Part shown: positions 27,709 through 40,500 of the stretch, in pieces
Position numbering within the stretch: position 1 is the stretch's first letter
Layout: every line of letters begins with the position of its first letter
NCBI GenBank assembly: GCA_029856155.1
Contig: JAHQWL010000023.1
Span: 155,757-219,756, forward strand
Reading direction: 5' to 3'
Origin: Promethearchaeia archaeon
GTDB taxonomy: Archaea; Asgardarchaeota; Lokiarchaeia; Sigyniarchaeales; SOKP01
Length of the DNA stretch: 64,000 nt
The notes under the pieces: generated by a model
Told to the model about the DNA's origin: nothing
Seen by the model: only the letters and a program-made list of their open reading frames with translations
Databases searched by the model: none
Position numbers and translations under genes: made by a program

Positions 27709-28749
27709 TTATCGTCCTAATAATACATCCCAAAAATCTTTTAAATGTTCTATTATTGGCCTTAAAATTCCCTGCTCCGAAAATCGAACAACTAATATTA
27801 AAATTATCGCGAAAGTCAAATGTACATAAAGACCAGCACCAACTTCAATAAGAATATATTCAAGAAAAATAAAGAAAAATGCTCCCAAAGCTGATCCTGC
27901 TATAGTTGTTAATCCCCCTAATGATGCCATTAATATAGCAAAAAAAGAAATAGCCGTTCCAAAATTACCAACGGGATTTACAGAAGTATTATAAAATGCA
28001 TAGAAACAACCTGCTATTCCAGCAAATAAGGAACTAACCATAAAGGCATACACTTTGTATCTCGTTGTATTTATTCCTGATGCATCTGCTCCCACCTCAT
28101 CATCGCGAATTGATTTTAAAATAGTCCCAAATTTCGATTTAACAATCTGAAATATTATTATAAAGCATATTATCAAAGTAATAAAAACAATAAAAAATTC
28201 TATTACAGGATTGTTGGATAGTCTCGTTAGAGGATAAGGTCCAGTATTATAAGATATTCCTTCAGAACCAAAAAGAATATCTGAGAGTGACCCTAATAGA
28301 AATAATTTTAATAGGATTAAACTAAAAGCAAGAGTGCCTAATGCTAAATATGGCCCCCTTAATCTTAAACAGGGGATACCAATTATTAAACCAAAGCCTA
28401 CTGCACCCAAAGCTCCAGTAGGAATTGCAAGCCATATTGGAAAACCTTGAAAAGCTATAAGATAAGCACAAAGATAACCTCCTATTCCAAAAAAAATGGC
28501 ATGACCAAAACTAATTTGTCCCGAAATACCAGTAAGAAAATCCCAACTTGCCGCAAAAATTGAAAAAATCATAGCGAGTGTAAAATGACGTAAGAAATAC
28601 TTTATAAAACTCTCATTTTGAGAAAGAAAAGGAAATAATGTAAGTATTATTAATAAAAATATTGTTAATGAACCACTAAAAGTTTTTGCCCATGATTTTA
28701 AATAAGTCGGTATATTTCTTATTTTTTCTTTTACCAATCCTTTTTTCAT
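27709..28749 (-). CDS. livM: Liv-type ABC permease
   Basis: GQISFGHAIFFGIGGY, LRLRGPYLALGTLAF, SIRDDE. Likely start ATG 28749. Confidence 0.9.
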   Translation of the reverse strand: MKKGLVKEKIRNIPTYLKSWAKTFSGSLTIFLLIILTLFPFLSQNESFIKYFLRHFTLAMIFSIFAASWDFLTGISGQISFGHAIFFGIGGYLCAYLIAFQGFPIWLAIPTGALGAVGFGLIIGIPCLRLRGPYLALGTLAFSLILLKLFLLGSLSDILFGSEGISYNTGPYPLTRLSNNPVIEFFIVFITLIICFIIIFQIVKSKFGTILKSIRDDEVGADASGINTTRYKVYAFMVSSLFAGIAGCFYAFYNTSVNPVGNFGTAISFFAILMASLGGLTTIAGSALGAFFFIFLEYILIEVGAGLYVHLTFAIILILVVRFSEQGILRPIIEHLKDFWDVLLGR

Positions 28750-28788
28750 TTTTAACTTCCTCACTATTTATAATCTTAAATTTAAAAA

Positions 28789-29670
28789 TTACTTTAATTC
28801 CTTCTTTCCAAATAATCCTTGGGGTCTTATTATAAGTACTAAAAGAATAACTATGATTGGAACTATATGAGCCCAAGCTGGACCATTAGGGATAAAAAGA
28901 TTGGTAAAAGTAGTTATATACCCCACAATATAAGCTCCTACAATACTTCCAACAAGACTTCCCATCCCTCCTAAAATTACTACAGCAAATGAACTTGTTA
29001 AATATTCCCAGCCCATAGCAGGACCAGTAAGAGCTGCGCCGGGTAAATATAGGGTTGCTGCTATAGCTGCAAGGAATGCAGATATCATAACAGTATAGAA
29101 GAGAACTCTATCGGCATTAATACCCATTAAGGTTGCTGCCTCGCTATCCTGTGAAACTGCACGAATAGATTTACCTAATTTTGATTTATTAATAAATAAA
29201 GCGAATAATGAAACTATAATTAATGAAATAATTATAAAAAAAAGGTATTGATTCAACATGCTATATCCTAAGAAGTCCGTAGTGCCCTCAACCACAACAT
29301 AACCACTAAGTGTTGCAGACGTTGTTCCCGAGATTATTGAAACACATTGCTCGATTCCGAATGCTAACGCAAAAGTAATTAATACAACACCTACAGCTGA
29401 ATCTTTTACAGGTTTGATGAGTAATATATATGTAAGACCGCCTATTATAGTAATAACTACCACTGCAATGATTATATTTATCAATACTTGGCCAGGAAAA
29501 AAACCATATACCCATAAAAGTAAATATCCCGTTAACATGAAATATGCTCCATGCGCTAAATTCATTATATGACCAACTCCATACACTAAAGAGTACCCTA
29601 GAGCAATTAGAGAAAGGTAAGCACCATTTAAAGTACCATTAAATAACATGCTAATAATTTCTTGATACAT
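28789..29670 (-). CDS. livH: Liv-type ABC permease
   Basis: LIALGYSLVYGV, NLAHG, GKSIRAVSQD.EAATLMGI, ILGGMGS, RPQGLFG. Confidence 0.92.
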   Translation of the reverse strand: MYQEIISMLFNGTLNGAYLSLIALGYSLVYGVGHIMNLAHGAYFMLTGYLLLWVYGFFPGQVLINIIIAVVVITIIGGLTYILLIKPVKDSAVGVVLITFALAFGIEQCVSIISGTTSATLSGYVVVEGTTDFLGYSMLNQYLFFIIISLIIVSLFALFINKSKLGKSIRAVSQDSEAATLMGINADRVLFYTVMISAFLAAIAATLYLPGAALTGPAMGWEYLTSSFAVVILGGMGSLVGSIVGAYIVGYITTFTNLFIPNGPAWAHIVPIIVILLVLIIRPQGLFGKKELK

Positions 29671-29892
29671 AATTACAAAAAAGAAAAATTGATTATTATT
29701 AAATTAATTATTATTATTTTTATCTCATTTCTTATAAAACTGATCATTTTCATCCTAACTTACAATTTTATCAAAAAAAAAATATAATATTCAAGATTAA
29801 AGCTATTTTTTGATAAATTATATAAAAAGTTGATAATAATAAAAAAAAATTTTTTAATATTTAAATTTGCTTTAATTCGACTACCATTTCTA

Positions 29893-31332
29893 TTACGACC
29901 ATGCAGTATGAACCCACGGAGCAATTTCATAAGCACCAGTTGCCATCCAATCTGGATAAAGAGGACGTATCGGCATGGCTCCATAAGGAACAACATATGC
30001 ATATCTTGGTGCTGGGATTACTACTTTATCACCATTAGCTCGCCACTGAACCCATAAGGTATGTCCATAAGGATAACCCTCAACTAGGTCATGAGTCTTT
30101 GGCCACCAAGCACCGCCTCCACCAACACCAGCATTGGTATTTCCTTTAGTCCAGGTTTCCATTTCTGGTATCATAAAATTGGGGTTAAATGATTGAGTTG
30201 CATTCATTGCATCAACAAGTGCAAATACGGCGTCGTAAGCTCCAACTGCAATATAAAGTGGTTCATGTCCATCATGATCTGCTAACCACGCATCCCAAAA
30301 CGCAATAGAACTTTCGGTTTTATTAGTCCTATGCAAGGTTTGCATCATTGCCTCGTATGCACAACTCTCACCACTATCTTCGTAAAATGTATCTAACTGC
30401 GATTGAACATCAATACCAAATATCTGATATGTATAATTATATTGAGAGTATTGTTGCATCATTAAAATTCCACCTTGTGCTGAAATGACAGGAATTAAAA
30501 AGTCACATCCATCATCTTCTAGTTCTGATAAGTATCCGTTCATATCTGTGGCACTAAGTGATATATCATATAAGATTGGTGATAGTAATTGTACCCAGCC
30601 ACCTGTAAGAGCTGGCAAATTACCCAATGCAGCTACTAAACTTTCAGTCCAAGTTAAATCTTCTGCAAGAATGCCAACCTGTTTAATGTCATGATTTGGA
30701 TAGGTTGCATTCAATAACATGATATAACCAGCTAATGTAGTTAATATTTCGCCCCCTAATGAAGTTGAGTTAATAGGCATAAATCTGAAAAAATATTTAT
30801 ATCTTGTATAAAAATTTTTCACGTTTGTACAGAATATATCTGTTGCAGCACCAGTATCAATAAAGATAATTTTATTATCCATGAAAACTTCTTGATATGC
30901 TAATAATGCTTCTGATCTAAAGCCACCAAGTGCAAATTGAACTTTTTTATTGTATACAAGTCTTTCTGCCGCAGCAATTCCTCTTGAAGTCACAAGAGCT
31001 GTGTTAGATTCATCTGTATCTTCCTTGGTAACTCCTAGATAATATGTTGTTCCATTAACAACCAAACCACCCGCTTCATTTATGGTTTTAGCTGCATACC
31101 AAGCTCCGTCATAATTTGCATCTCCTTGAATCTCACCAATATCACCAGCGCACCCAATTTTAATTATTTGATCAGATGTTAAACCTGCTGGAGCACCAGG
31201 ACAATCCTTAGAACTCCATGAATATTCACCGGCACCCGGGGCTAAAAGGAAATACCAAGCCCCAACGCCGACACCTACACCTATAACAGCTATGATAACA
31301 ATTGCTAATATTCTTTTTGTTAAAGCTTCCAT
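29893..31332 (-). CDS. Liv-type ABC substrate-binding protein with N-terminal membrane anchor
   Basis: N-terminal TM helix, IKIG, INEAGG, GGFRSE, YFFR, AYDAV. First gene of the liv operon. Confidence 0.85.
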   Translation of the reverse strand: MEALTKRILAIVIIAVIGVGVGVGAWYFLLAPGAGEYSWSSKDCPGAPAGLTSDQIIKIGCAGDIGEIQGDANYDGAWYAAKTINEAGGLVVNGTTYYLGVTKEDTDESNTALVTSRGIAAAERLVYNKKVQFALGGFRSEALLAYQEVFMDNKIIFIDTGAATDIFCTNVKNFYTRYKYFFRFMPINSTSLGGEILTTLAGYIMLLNATYPNHDIKQVGILAEDLTWTESLVAALGNLPALTGGWVQLLSPILYDISLSATDMNGYLSELEDDGCDFLIPVISAQGGILMMQQYSQYNYTYQIFGIDVQSQLDTFYEDSGESCAYEAMMQTLHRTNKTESSIAFWDAWLADHDGHEPLYIAVGAYDAVFALVDAMNATQSFNPNFMIPEMETWTKGNTNAGVGGGGAWWPKTHDLVEGYPYGHTLWVQWRANGDKVVIPAPRYAYVVPYGAMPIRPLYPDWMATGAYEIAPWVHTAWS

Positions 31333-31541
31333 ATTTTAGTTCACATCTATTTTTAATTTATTTTTTTTTTTTTAATTTATTATGTATGTTTATTTTTAGA
31401 TTTACAAATAATAGTTCATTTTAACATGTATTTAAAGTTTTCAACTTTTTATATGAAAAATAAGCATATATCTGTTAAAATTAGTAAAAACTATCTAAAA
31501 AAATGATCTAGATGGTATACAATAGGTAATCAATTAAGCAT

Positions 31542-34500
31542 TCATAGAAATTGGATAGCAACAATAATTCCAAATAAAATTAGTAGTGAAATCAATATTA
31601 TCAATGTATAGAACCTCCACTTAATTGAAATACTCTCATTTTTCTCCTTGAAAATGATATAAGGCAATAAAATTGCTCCCAAAATCCAAATTGATATCCA
31701 AGTAGTGAATACATACCATTCAGCGGGGATAAAGGTAAACATAATTATAATAGTACTGCCCCAACTGATAACTAAGCGAACCATTCTACGTCTAAACATG
31801 ATGTTAACATCTTCAGTTTTTTCAGAAGGTTTAAGAGAATATATTATACCAAAAATAGGAAATATTAAAATAATAGAATGGTAAGGATTTAATAAACCAA
31901 GAATGGAGTCAGAAAATATGATTCCAATGAATACTGCTAAACATGCACTAATAAGAATCCATATATATTTAAATTGTTTCTTGAAGAAAACGAAAATTCT
32001 AATAAACATATTCTTAATTAAAATTCTGAGATGTGTAAAGAATCTCGTTAAAGCTTCAATGATTTTATTAATAAGCGCTCTTAGTTCTTCTAAAAGGAAA
32101 ATAAAGGGATAAATTAAAACTGTAAAAGCAAAAAATATTCCTGTAATGATAAAAGATAATGATATATGGTATATAATTGAACTTAAGAGCAAAAAGATTA
32201 CAATCCAAAAAATTAAAGCTCCAGCTGAGTGTCCTTTGAATGGTTTTATTTTTATCCCTAAGAATATTACAAAAACTAAAGAAGAGACACTTAAATTTAG
32301 GAAAATATCAAGCACCAATATAAATTGGAACATAAAAAACAAATCAATTGATATTAAACCTCCAATTATGAGAAATGAGTAAGATCTCAAGGATTTTCGG
32401 AAATCTTCCTTTAAAACAGTATCAATTAAAGATAAGAAAAACATAATGAAAAAAGAAGCTAACGCTAAATTAAGAACGTAAAATGGATTTAAAGAAGCAA
32501 AATATAAAGGCCAAGTTATAAAATTAAGATATGTTGATATAATTAAATAAAATTTAATTCTTTCTTTATTGGAAGCAACTAATTTCCAAGATACCGATAA
32601 TTTGAAAAGATAAGCAAATTCAAGGATAAGGATAAAAATAATGAATGGAATCACAGTAGGAGAGAAAGTTAAATAAAAGGTACTATAAAGCCACGTTAAA
32701 TATACTGATGTGAAAATCATAATTAAGAACCATGAAAACACTTTAATGGAGTTAGTAAATTTCCCGATAAATTTCAACAAATAGCTATCTATTAGCATTA
32801 ATACATGTATAACTAAGGAAGAAATAGTTAAATTCAAAAAAATATTGAAATTCGGAATAGAATTCAGCAATAAGAAAGAATCAATAGACAATAATCCTCC
32901 AATTATTAGAATCGAAAATGATCTTAATGATTTTCTGAAATCTTCTTTTAAAATATTATCAATTAAGGTTATCAAAAACATAATGAAAAAAGACGCGAGT
33001 GTTAAGTTAAGGGTGTGTAATAGATTTAAAGAAGCAAAATATAAAGGCCAAGTTATAAAATTGAGATATGATATTAATATCAGTAAAAACCTTATCTTCT
33101 CTTTATTGGAAGCAACAAAACTCCAAAAAGCTAATAATTTCGTAAGATAAGCAAACTCAAGTATTAGGATAATAACGATGATGGGAATAACTGTATAAAA
33201 GAAGGCGACAAAATAGGTACTATACAGCCATATTAAATAGGTTGATGTAAATGTCATAATAGAGACCCAAGAGATTACTTGAATATAATTAACGATTTTT
33301 CCTAAAAATTTAAATAGAAATTTATCTACTATCATTAATCCATGGATTACAAGACTTAAAATCAAAAGAATCAATAGTATTTCGACTCTCTGGAATATTA
33401 AAATTTGAGCTAAGAATATACATATTGTAGAGTAGAACCCTGTTCCAATTAATTGTTGAATAGCCTTTTGATCTTTTTTAAGAGTAACTTGACCTTTTGG
33501 GTATAAATTCTCTAATGACTTAAAGAGAGAATAATTGGTATAAAATTGCATTATTATAAAAATAAAAATTCCTAACCCAAGAAAGAATGGATATTGAGAG
33601 ATATAGTCATATAAGATTAGAAATGTCATCACTGAAATTGTTAAAAAGGTGATCGTATGAATTAAACGAGCATAGCCCTCTTTTATCTTTTTAATTGAAT
33701 AAATATCCAGTGATGTAAAAATCAATAATACAGAAAGAGATACTATAATACTTTCATAAATTCCTATTACTCCGCTTAATAAACCATAAATCATAATGCT
33801 TATTTCACAATAAAATATCAAAAACAAAATTGAATGCATTTTTAGCAGAAAATTTGGATATTTCTGCTCAGCTAATATAAAATTGAAATAATAAACGGAT
33901 ATGAATGAAAGGCATACCTCTATAAAAATGATTAAATTAACTGAGAAAAAGTTTAAAATACCATATAATATGAAGATGTATATTAAATTAATTGCTAACA
34001 ATCCCTGGAATATAATGAAAAGAGAAAATTCGATTCTATTTTTTATATCTTTTTCAATTCTAACGAAGGAAACGCTTAAAAGATATAAAATAAATGATGA
34101 GTTTTGGAATAACAACGAATAGTAGGCAAATCCTATTAACTCTTCGAAGATTAGTATCAATCCATTAGAGATTAAGGATGCTAGATAAAAAGAACTCCAA
34201 ATAAATGAATTATAAATGAGTATTAAACGACCTTTGGTAATCATTTGTTTAGAAATATCTAAGTAAGATAAGAAATAAAGAGAAATAAGTCCTAAAAGTG
34301 AGATTGTTAAAACTAACAGGAAAAAGTTTGAATGATATAAATAGAGGAATAAAGACAAAATATTACTAAAAACAATCCATGACCATAAAGTAAATTTATT
34401 CCGGGATGACGTTAATAATAAAAGTAAGAACTTCCGATCAATAAAGGAGACTTCAATGAATACTAATCCACTTACTACTAGTAATACTATATAAATTGTA

Positions 34501-37500
34501 ATTAGAAGGCTCGAATTAACGAAAACCAAGTAAAGAAAAATATTGATCCATAGAGCTATAGGAATTAAAAGATAGAAAATTGAACTAATTTTGCTGAAAT
34601 AACGTAGGATGTCTTTTATCTTTATATCTAACTCTGATTTTTCTATATATTTCATACAAAACAAAAATAACATTGGCCAGATTATCAGAAAATTACATAT
34701 CTGGTAGACTAATAATATATTAGAAAATATCAAGTACAATAATAAATATGGAATGATTATTGCAAAGAATATGGAAAAAAATATTGAATTAAGAAAGAAG
34801 CAAGTAAGATTAAGCCATTTTACTTGATTTCTATCATGATAAATCTTTAATATGCTATTTTTTATTTCTGCAGTTTCATCTTTTACTGTATTTTTAAATA
34901 AATTTATTATAATTTGAAAAGTAAAAAGGTATATCATTGCCCATGTTAATAGCCAGAAAGGTCTTATTACTTCAAATGTTAGTAGAGCTTCCAAGATAGG
35001 TGTTGTTATAGGAATTGGAATAATAAACCATAGAATATAGCGATATTCAATAAAAATAAAGTATAGGAATATGGTAAACACTGAAGAAAACGTAGAAATT
35101 AAAACACCCGGTGTTGCGTTAAATATAATATAAGTTAAGGATGTGATCGAGGATGATGTTCCAAATGCCACTATTAAAAAAGGAATTATCTTATTAATAG
35201 AAATTCTCATCTTATATTTATTAAATATGAAAAGTGAGCAGCCAAATACAGTTAATGCCAATGAAAAAGCAAAAACAAAAAATCCTGGAAATAAACTGAA
35301 TGTATTGAAGGTAAACCATGAAAGATTAATAACTAGAATCCATGAAAGACACAAATCTATAAATTTTTTTGGAACTTCAACATATTTAGAGGAAAAAAGA
35401 CTGAAACCAATTACAAGAAAACTAATGTTTAATGAAAAAATTGGATTCAATATTATCAAATAAAGAATGAAATAGATTGTAAAGAAAATACCTAATATAG
35501 TGATGAAGTATGCGCTTATTAAAACAACACCAACTGATCTAATATTCGGGAAAAAAGAGTAAACTATTAGAAATAACCCTATTACTAAGATGTCGATTGA
35601 TATAGTCATCTCTAATGAAATTCCAATTGATAATAAATAGAAAAACAGAAATGTAGCGTTTATAAATGTTAGAGGAAATACCCAAAGAATTGAAATAATT
35701 TTCCAGTATTTAAATATTGCTAATAATGGCATCAATAAGACAACTGAAAACATAATAAAAGAAAAATTTCTTAACAGTAGATCTGATACAAATAAATTTA
35801 GGCTAACCCAATAAAGTAAGAATAGACTTTCACCCCACACAACAAAAACTATTGTAGAAAAGTATTTCTTGATTTTACTATACACAACTGGAAAGAAAAA
35901 TAATGAGCAAATTATTATAGATAAAATAAATGATCCACTAGCATCGAATGCTCCAAATCTCAATGAGTTTGTAAAAACATCTATTCCAGTGAGACTTTGA
36001 TAAATTATGAAAAAGTTTACAAATGGTAATATGTTCCAAGCATACCACCCAGATTTCCAAATTGCCAAGGATATCTTCCATTGATAAATTCCAATAGATA
36101 TGTAATATAGAAGAACGCCAATATCGATTGCGAATATTAAAGGGACTAAAGAAAACAGTGGCATAGCTAAAGAGGCAATTATAATAAAATACAAGAAAGT
36201 AGGAAATGAGACTATAATTGAGATTAATACAATGTAAAATGATCTTTTTCTAAATCTTGCTGGTGAACTATTATACAATAGGATAAATCCAAAACCAGTA
36301 ATAGTCTCGGTTATTGTGAAGGTTAAAACAGGATTGTAAGATCCAAAGATCTGATTATTAAATAACCACGAGTATGATAAAAAGCTAACAAGATCAAAAA
36401 TAAATAAAATTACACAAGGTTTAATGAACCATTTATAGCGCTCATCCTTGTGGTGATAAAAGAAAATTCCTATAAATAACAATAATAGGAAAAGTGATAT
36501 TGTTACGTTATAAAGAAGCAGTATGTTAGTAAAATTCATCAATGAAACAAAAGATAAAAGAGAAATAACAGAATATAGATAAAATTTTTCTAAGTTATTA
36601 TTTTTCTTTATATTTAGCAAAATGGAGAAAACTAAGACCCCACATAAAGATAAGAGATAAATAATAATAAAAAAACCTGTTAATGCTATATCAAAGCCTA
36701 TTATAACGTTATAAAAACTTAGAATGACAATAACTTCGAGAAACGCATAATAACTTAGTAAAAAGTATGAAAGAAACCGAAAAAAAGTAATGATACTCCT
36801 CTGAGATAGGATGAGTAAATAAGATATTAATATAAGGAAAATTGAAGACTCTGAGTTAAAATAAAGTAAACTCAAGAATAATAAAAAGGATAAGAAATAA
36901 ATTTTGTAAAGTTCAAAAACAGATTTTACTTCTATTATTTTGTTAAATCTTAAACTATAATAATATAAAAACAATATTAAATTGGCGATGATAGCGCTTA
37001 CATGAATAAAAGGAATAAAGTAAAAGATAGGGATTACAGATATTAAAGAATAAAGAAATTCTATATAAAAACTCAATATAGAAACTATAAATACAAACAG
37101 AGTGATCTTTCTCAATTGTAACTGTTTTTCAGATGAAATAAACCTCAATTTCTCTAATATTAAGAGGCTTAAAGGTGTTAAAAATGTGAAAGTTAATGAA
37201 AACAAAAATATTTTATTAATGATTGAGAAAAGAAATCCGAAAAATTCAATAAATGATATGATCGAAAGACTAATGATTATCTTTACAGTTAACCATGATA
37301 ATAACTTGGAAACAATTTTTGTTTGTGACAGTTGAAATTGTTTATCACATACATTTAGAAATATAATAAAAATAACAAGAAAGAAGCCAATTAAGAATGA
37401 AATGCCTAATAGTGTGGGCCACCAGATAAGAAAAGAAAAAAGCCCTGTTGTAAGTCCTAAAAATGTAAAAACGAATGAGATTGATATTATTATCCCATAG

Positions 37501-40500
37501 AGTCCTAGATCTTGAAAATATTTAATATTTTGATAATCGGGGAGATAATTAGACATCAATTCTACTGTATATATGTTCAAAATAAAGAAAGTTAAGAAAC
37601 AACAAGCTAAAATAAGAGATGTTATTGGGGTAAAAACTAATTCTACAATAAAAATCGATGCTATATAATAAGAGATAAACGGTGTAAATAAAAACCACGA
37701 AATTAACTCTGATAATTTGAATTGTTTAATGTATTTCTCTTTCAATTTAATTTTAACACTTATGACTTCAGAAATCTTTACAAAACTAAAAAATAAGAAT
37801 AAGGTTATAGTAATTATTAGAATTATGTTTGCTCCCAATCCAATTCTCGTTAATTCTAACCCTATAATCGTTGGTAAAGAAATAATCAAACAGGAGAAGA
37901 TAATAAAATTATATATTGTTAATTTTTTAACAAATTCTAAATTGAAATATTCTTGCTTATAAGAATAATAAAAAAGGAAGAACCAAGAAAAGAGTAATGC
38001 AATTATTGGTATGAATATTCCATAAAGTGTATTGATTAATAGGAAAAATGGATAACAGAAGATGGTTGTAATAGAAATAGTAAATAAAACAATAATTTTA
38101 AGTTGATTTAAACTTGAAATGAATTTATCCTTGATCTTAAGCTTTTGTGATAAATTAATTAGAATCAATAAAAAAGCATGGAAGATATATATGGAAAAAT
38201 TTAAAATATTCAAAACAAAAATATTGAAATTAAAAACCATACCTAATAAAAATAAATTCAAACCAATTAGTACTGGAATTGAAGTAAATAATCCTGTAAG
38301 AATTATCGTATTTATAATGATTGCTCTTTTTATATGTTCAATTTTGAAAATTTTAGTTTTATATGAATAATATAAAAGGATATATAGGAAGCAGGAAGTA
38401 AGAATTGAAGGTATGACAATATAATATAAGGTATTGATTAATAAAAAGAAGGGATAAAAGAAGACAGTTGTAATAGAAAAACTAAATAAGATAATAATTC
38501 TGAGTTGATTTAAACTTAAGATGAACTTATCTTTGACACTTAGCTTTTTTGATAAATTTATAAGAATCAGTAAAAAAGCATAGAAGATATATGTGGAGGA
38601 ATTTATAATATTTAATACAAAGATATTAAAATCATAAACTAAACCTAACCAGAATAAATTCAGACCAATTAGCACTGGAATTGAAGTGAATAGCCCTGTT
38701 AGAATTATTGTATTTAAAATAATTGCTCGTTTTATACCTTCAATATTAAAAATTTCATTCTTATATGATAAAAAGAGAGGAATATATAGGAAACATGATG
38801 TAAAAATTAAAGGTAAGATAATGTAATAATATAAAGTGCTAGTTAGTAAGATAAATGGATAATAAAATATTGTTGTGATACCAATACAAAATATTATGAG
38901 TACCTGAAATTTCAGAAATGCTTTTGTTCGTTTTTCCTCGCTAGTGACTTTTTTAAATACTTGGTAATTAATTGCGAAAATTAATAATAAAATATACAAA
39001 GTAAAATTAATCATTGTCATTATTAAGAAAATTAAATCGAAATATAAGCCCAAGAAGAATAATTCCAACCCTGTGATAGTTGGAATTAACGATATTGTGG
39101 TTGATAATAATATACTATTTATTAATATTGATTTAGAGATAAGATTAGGATATAGTTTTTTCTTCCTTAAATATAAAATTGGTATGTAAATAATTATGTT
39201 AGAAACCATGAGAGGAACTATTATAACATAAAGATTATCAAGTGTTAGCAACAAAAAAAAGTAAAATGCTATTGCGGAGGTATATAGCAGAATAAAAGTG
39301 TTTACTTTCAAATAAAGATCTTCAGAAAATATCTCTTTTTTCGAAAATAGATTAATTATTATACAGACTAAAGCTAATGATAAATAAGTTGAATAGATTA
39401 TATTCTCAAATATTGATAGGGTTTGAAAAACACTAAAAAATAAAAAGCTAAATAGAGAAAAAAGTTCGACTGTTAATAAATAAGAGTTGATTTTAACACG
39501 CTTTTTAAATTTGAGTTCATCTATTCTTTCCAATTTTAACCCGAACTTTGATATAAAGTAATAAAGAATAGATGCAATACTACAATCTATAGGTATTATA
39601 ATATAATAAGTAGTTAATAGAGATACTATTAATAGAGATACAAAAAAGTCAACTATAAATATCCAGAGAGTAAAATAGCATAATTTCAAGAAGTATTCTA
39701 AGGAAAACACATGTAAGCTATAATTTATGTAAAGAAAAAATATGAAAAAAATGGGAAATAAAATAGCCGTTATTAATATTCCTTGTAGAAAAGGAAATAT
39801 TTCGAATAAGAAATAGTTTCTAAATAAAACAAGCGTAAAAATAAATAATTCGACTAAAAAGCTATTTATCAAAACTATGATTCTAAATAGTTTCGGGGAT
39901 TTACCGTAAAAATATCTTACTCCTAAAACATATTGGGAAATTAAAAAAATTATTGAAATAATTAACGAGTGTAAGAGAACATTTGAAATGAGAATTAAAA
40001 AAGGTTCTGTTGTATAGGTGGTATATTCAACAATAATTATAGGAAAGAATGTATAAATTAATAAAGTAAAACTAGCAACAGCAAGTAAATTTTGAAACAC
40101 GAGAACATTTTCTTTAGTAAAATATTCCAATTTAACAAATACCTGTAAAACAAAGTATAAAGAAATGCAAAACACCATAAAATTTAATAAAACAGTCTCT
40201 ATTATAGGTGGGATTATTCCAAAAGAGAGATATATCAAAATAGCAATAGAGTTTAATAAAACCACGGATTTATTATACCTTTTTGAACATAGATTATACT
40301 TCTGCTCATAATGAAGAAGTACATAAATGAAAGGAAGAATAATTAAGATTAAGAAGGGAATTTGAATCAAAAAAGAGAATAATGTAATTAATAGAATTAA
40401 TATTACAGATAAATAAGAATTGTACTTTTGATATTTAGAACTTAATAGAGGGGAGAGTTCCTCTGATTCTTCAACTTTTTCAGGCTTATCGTAGAGATCA

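Noticed and set aside
31903-38370. Plus-strand K/N/I-rich ORFs inside the giant gene
   Set aside because: Antisense shadows of hydrophobic T-rich codons.
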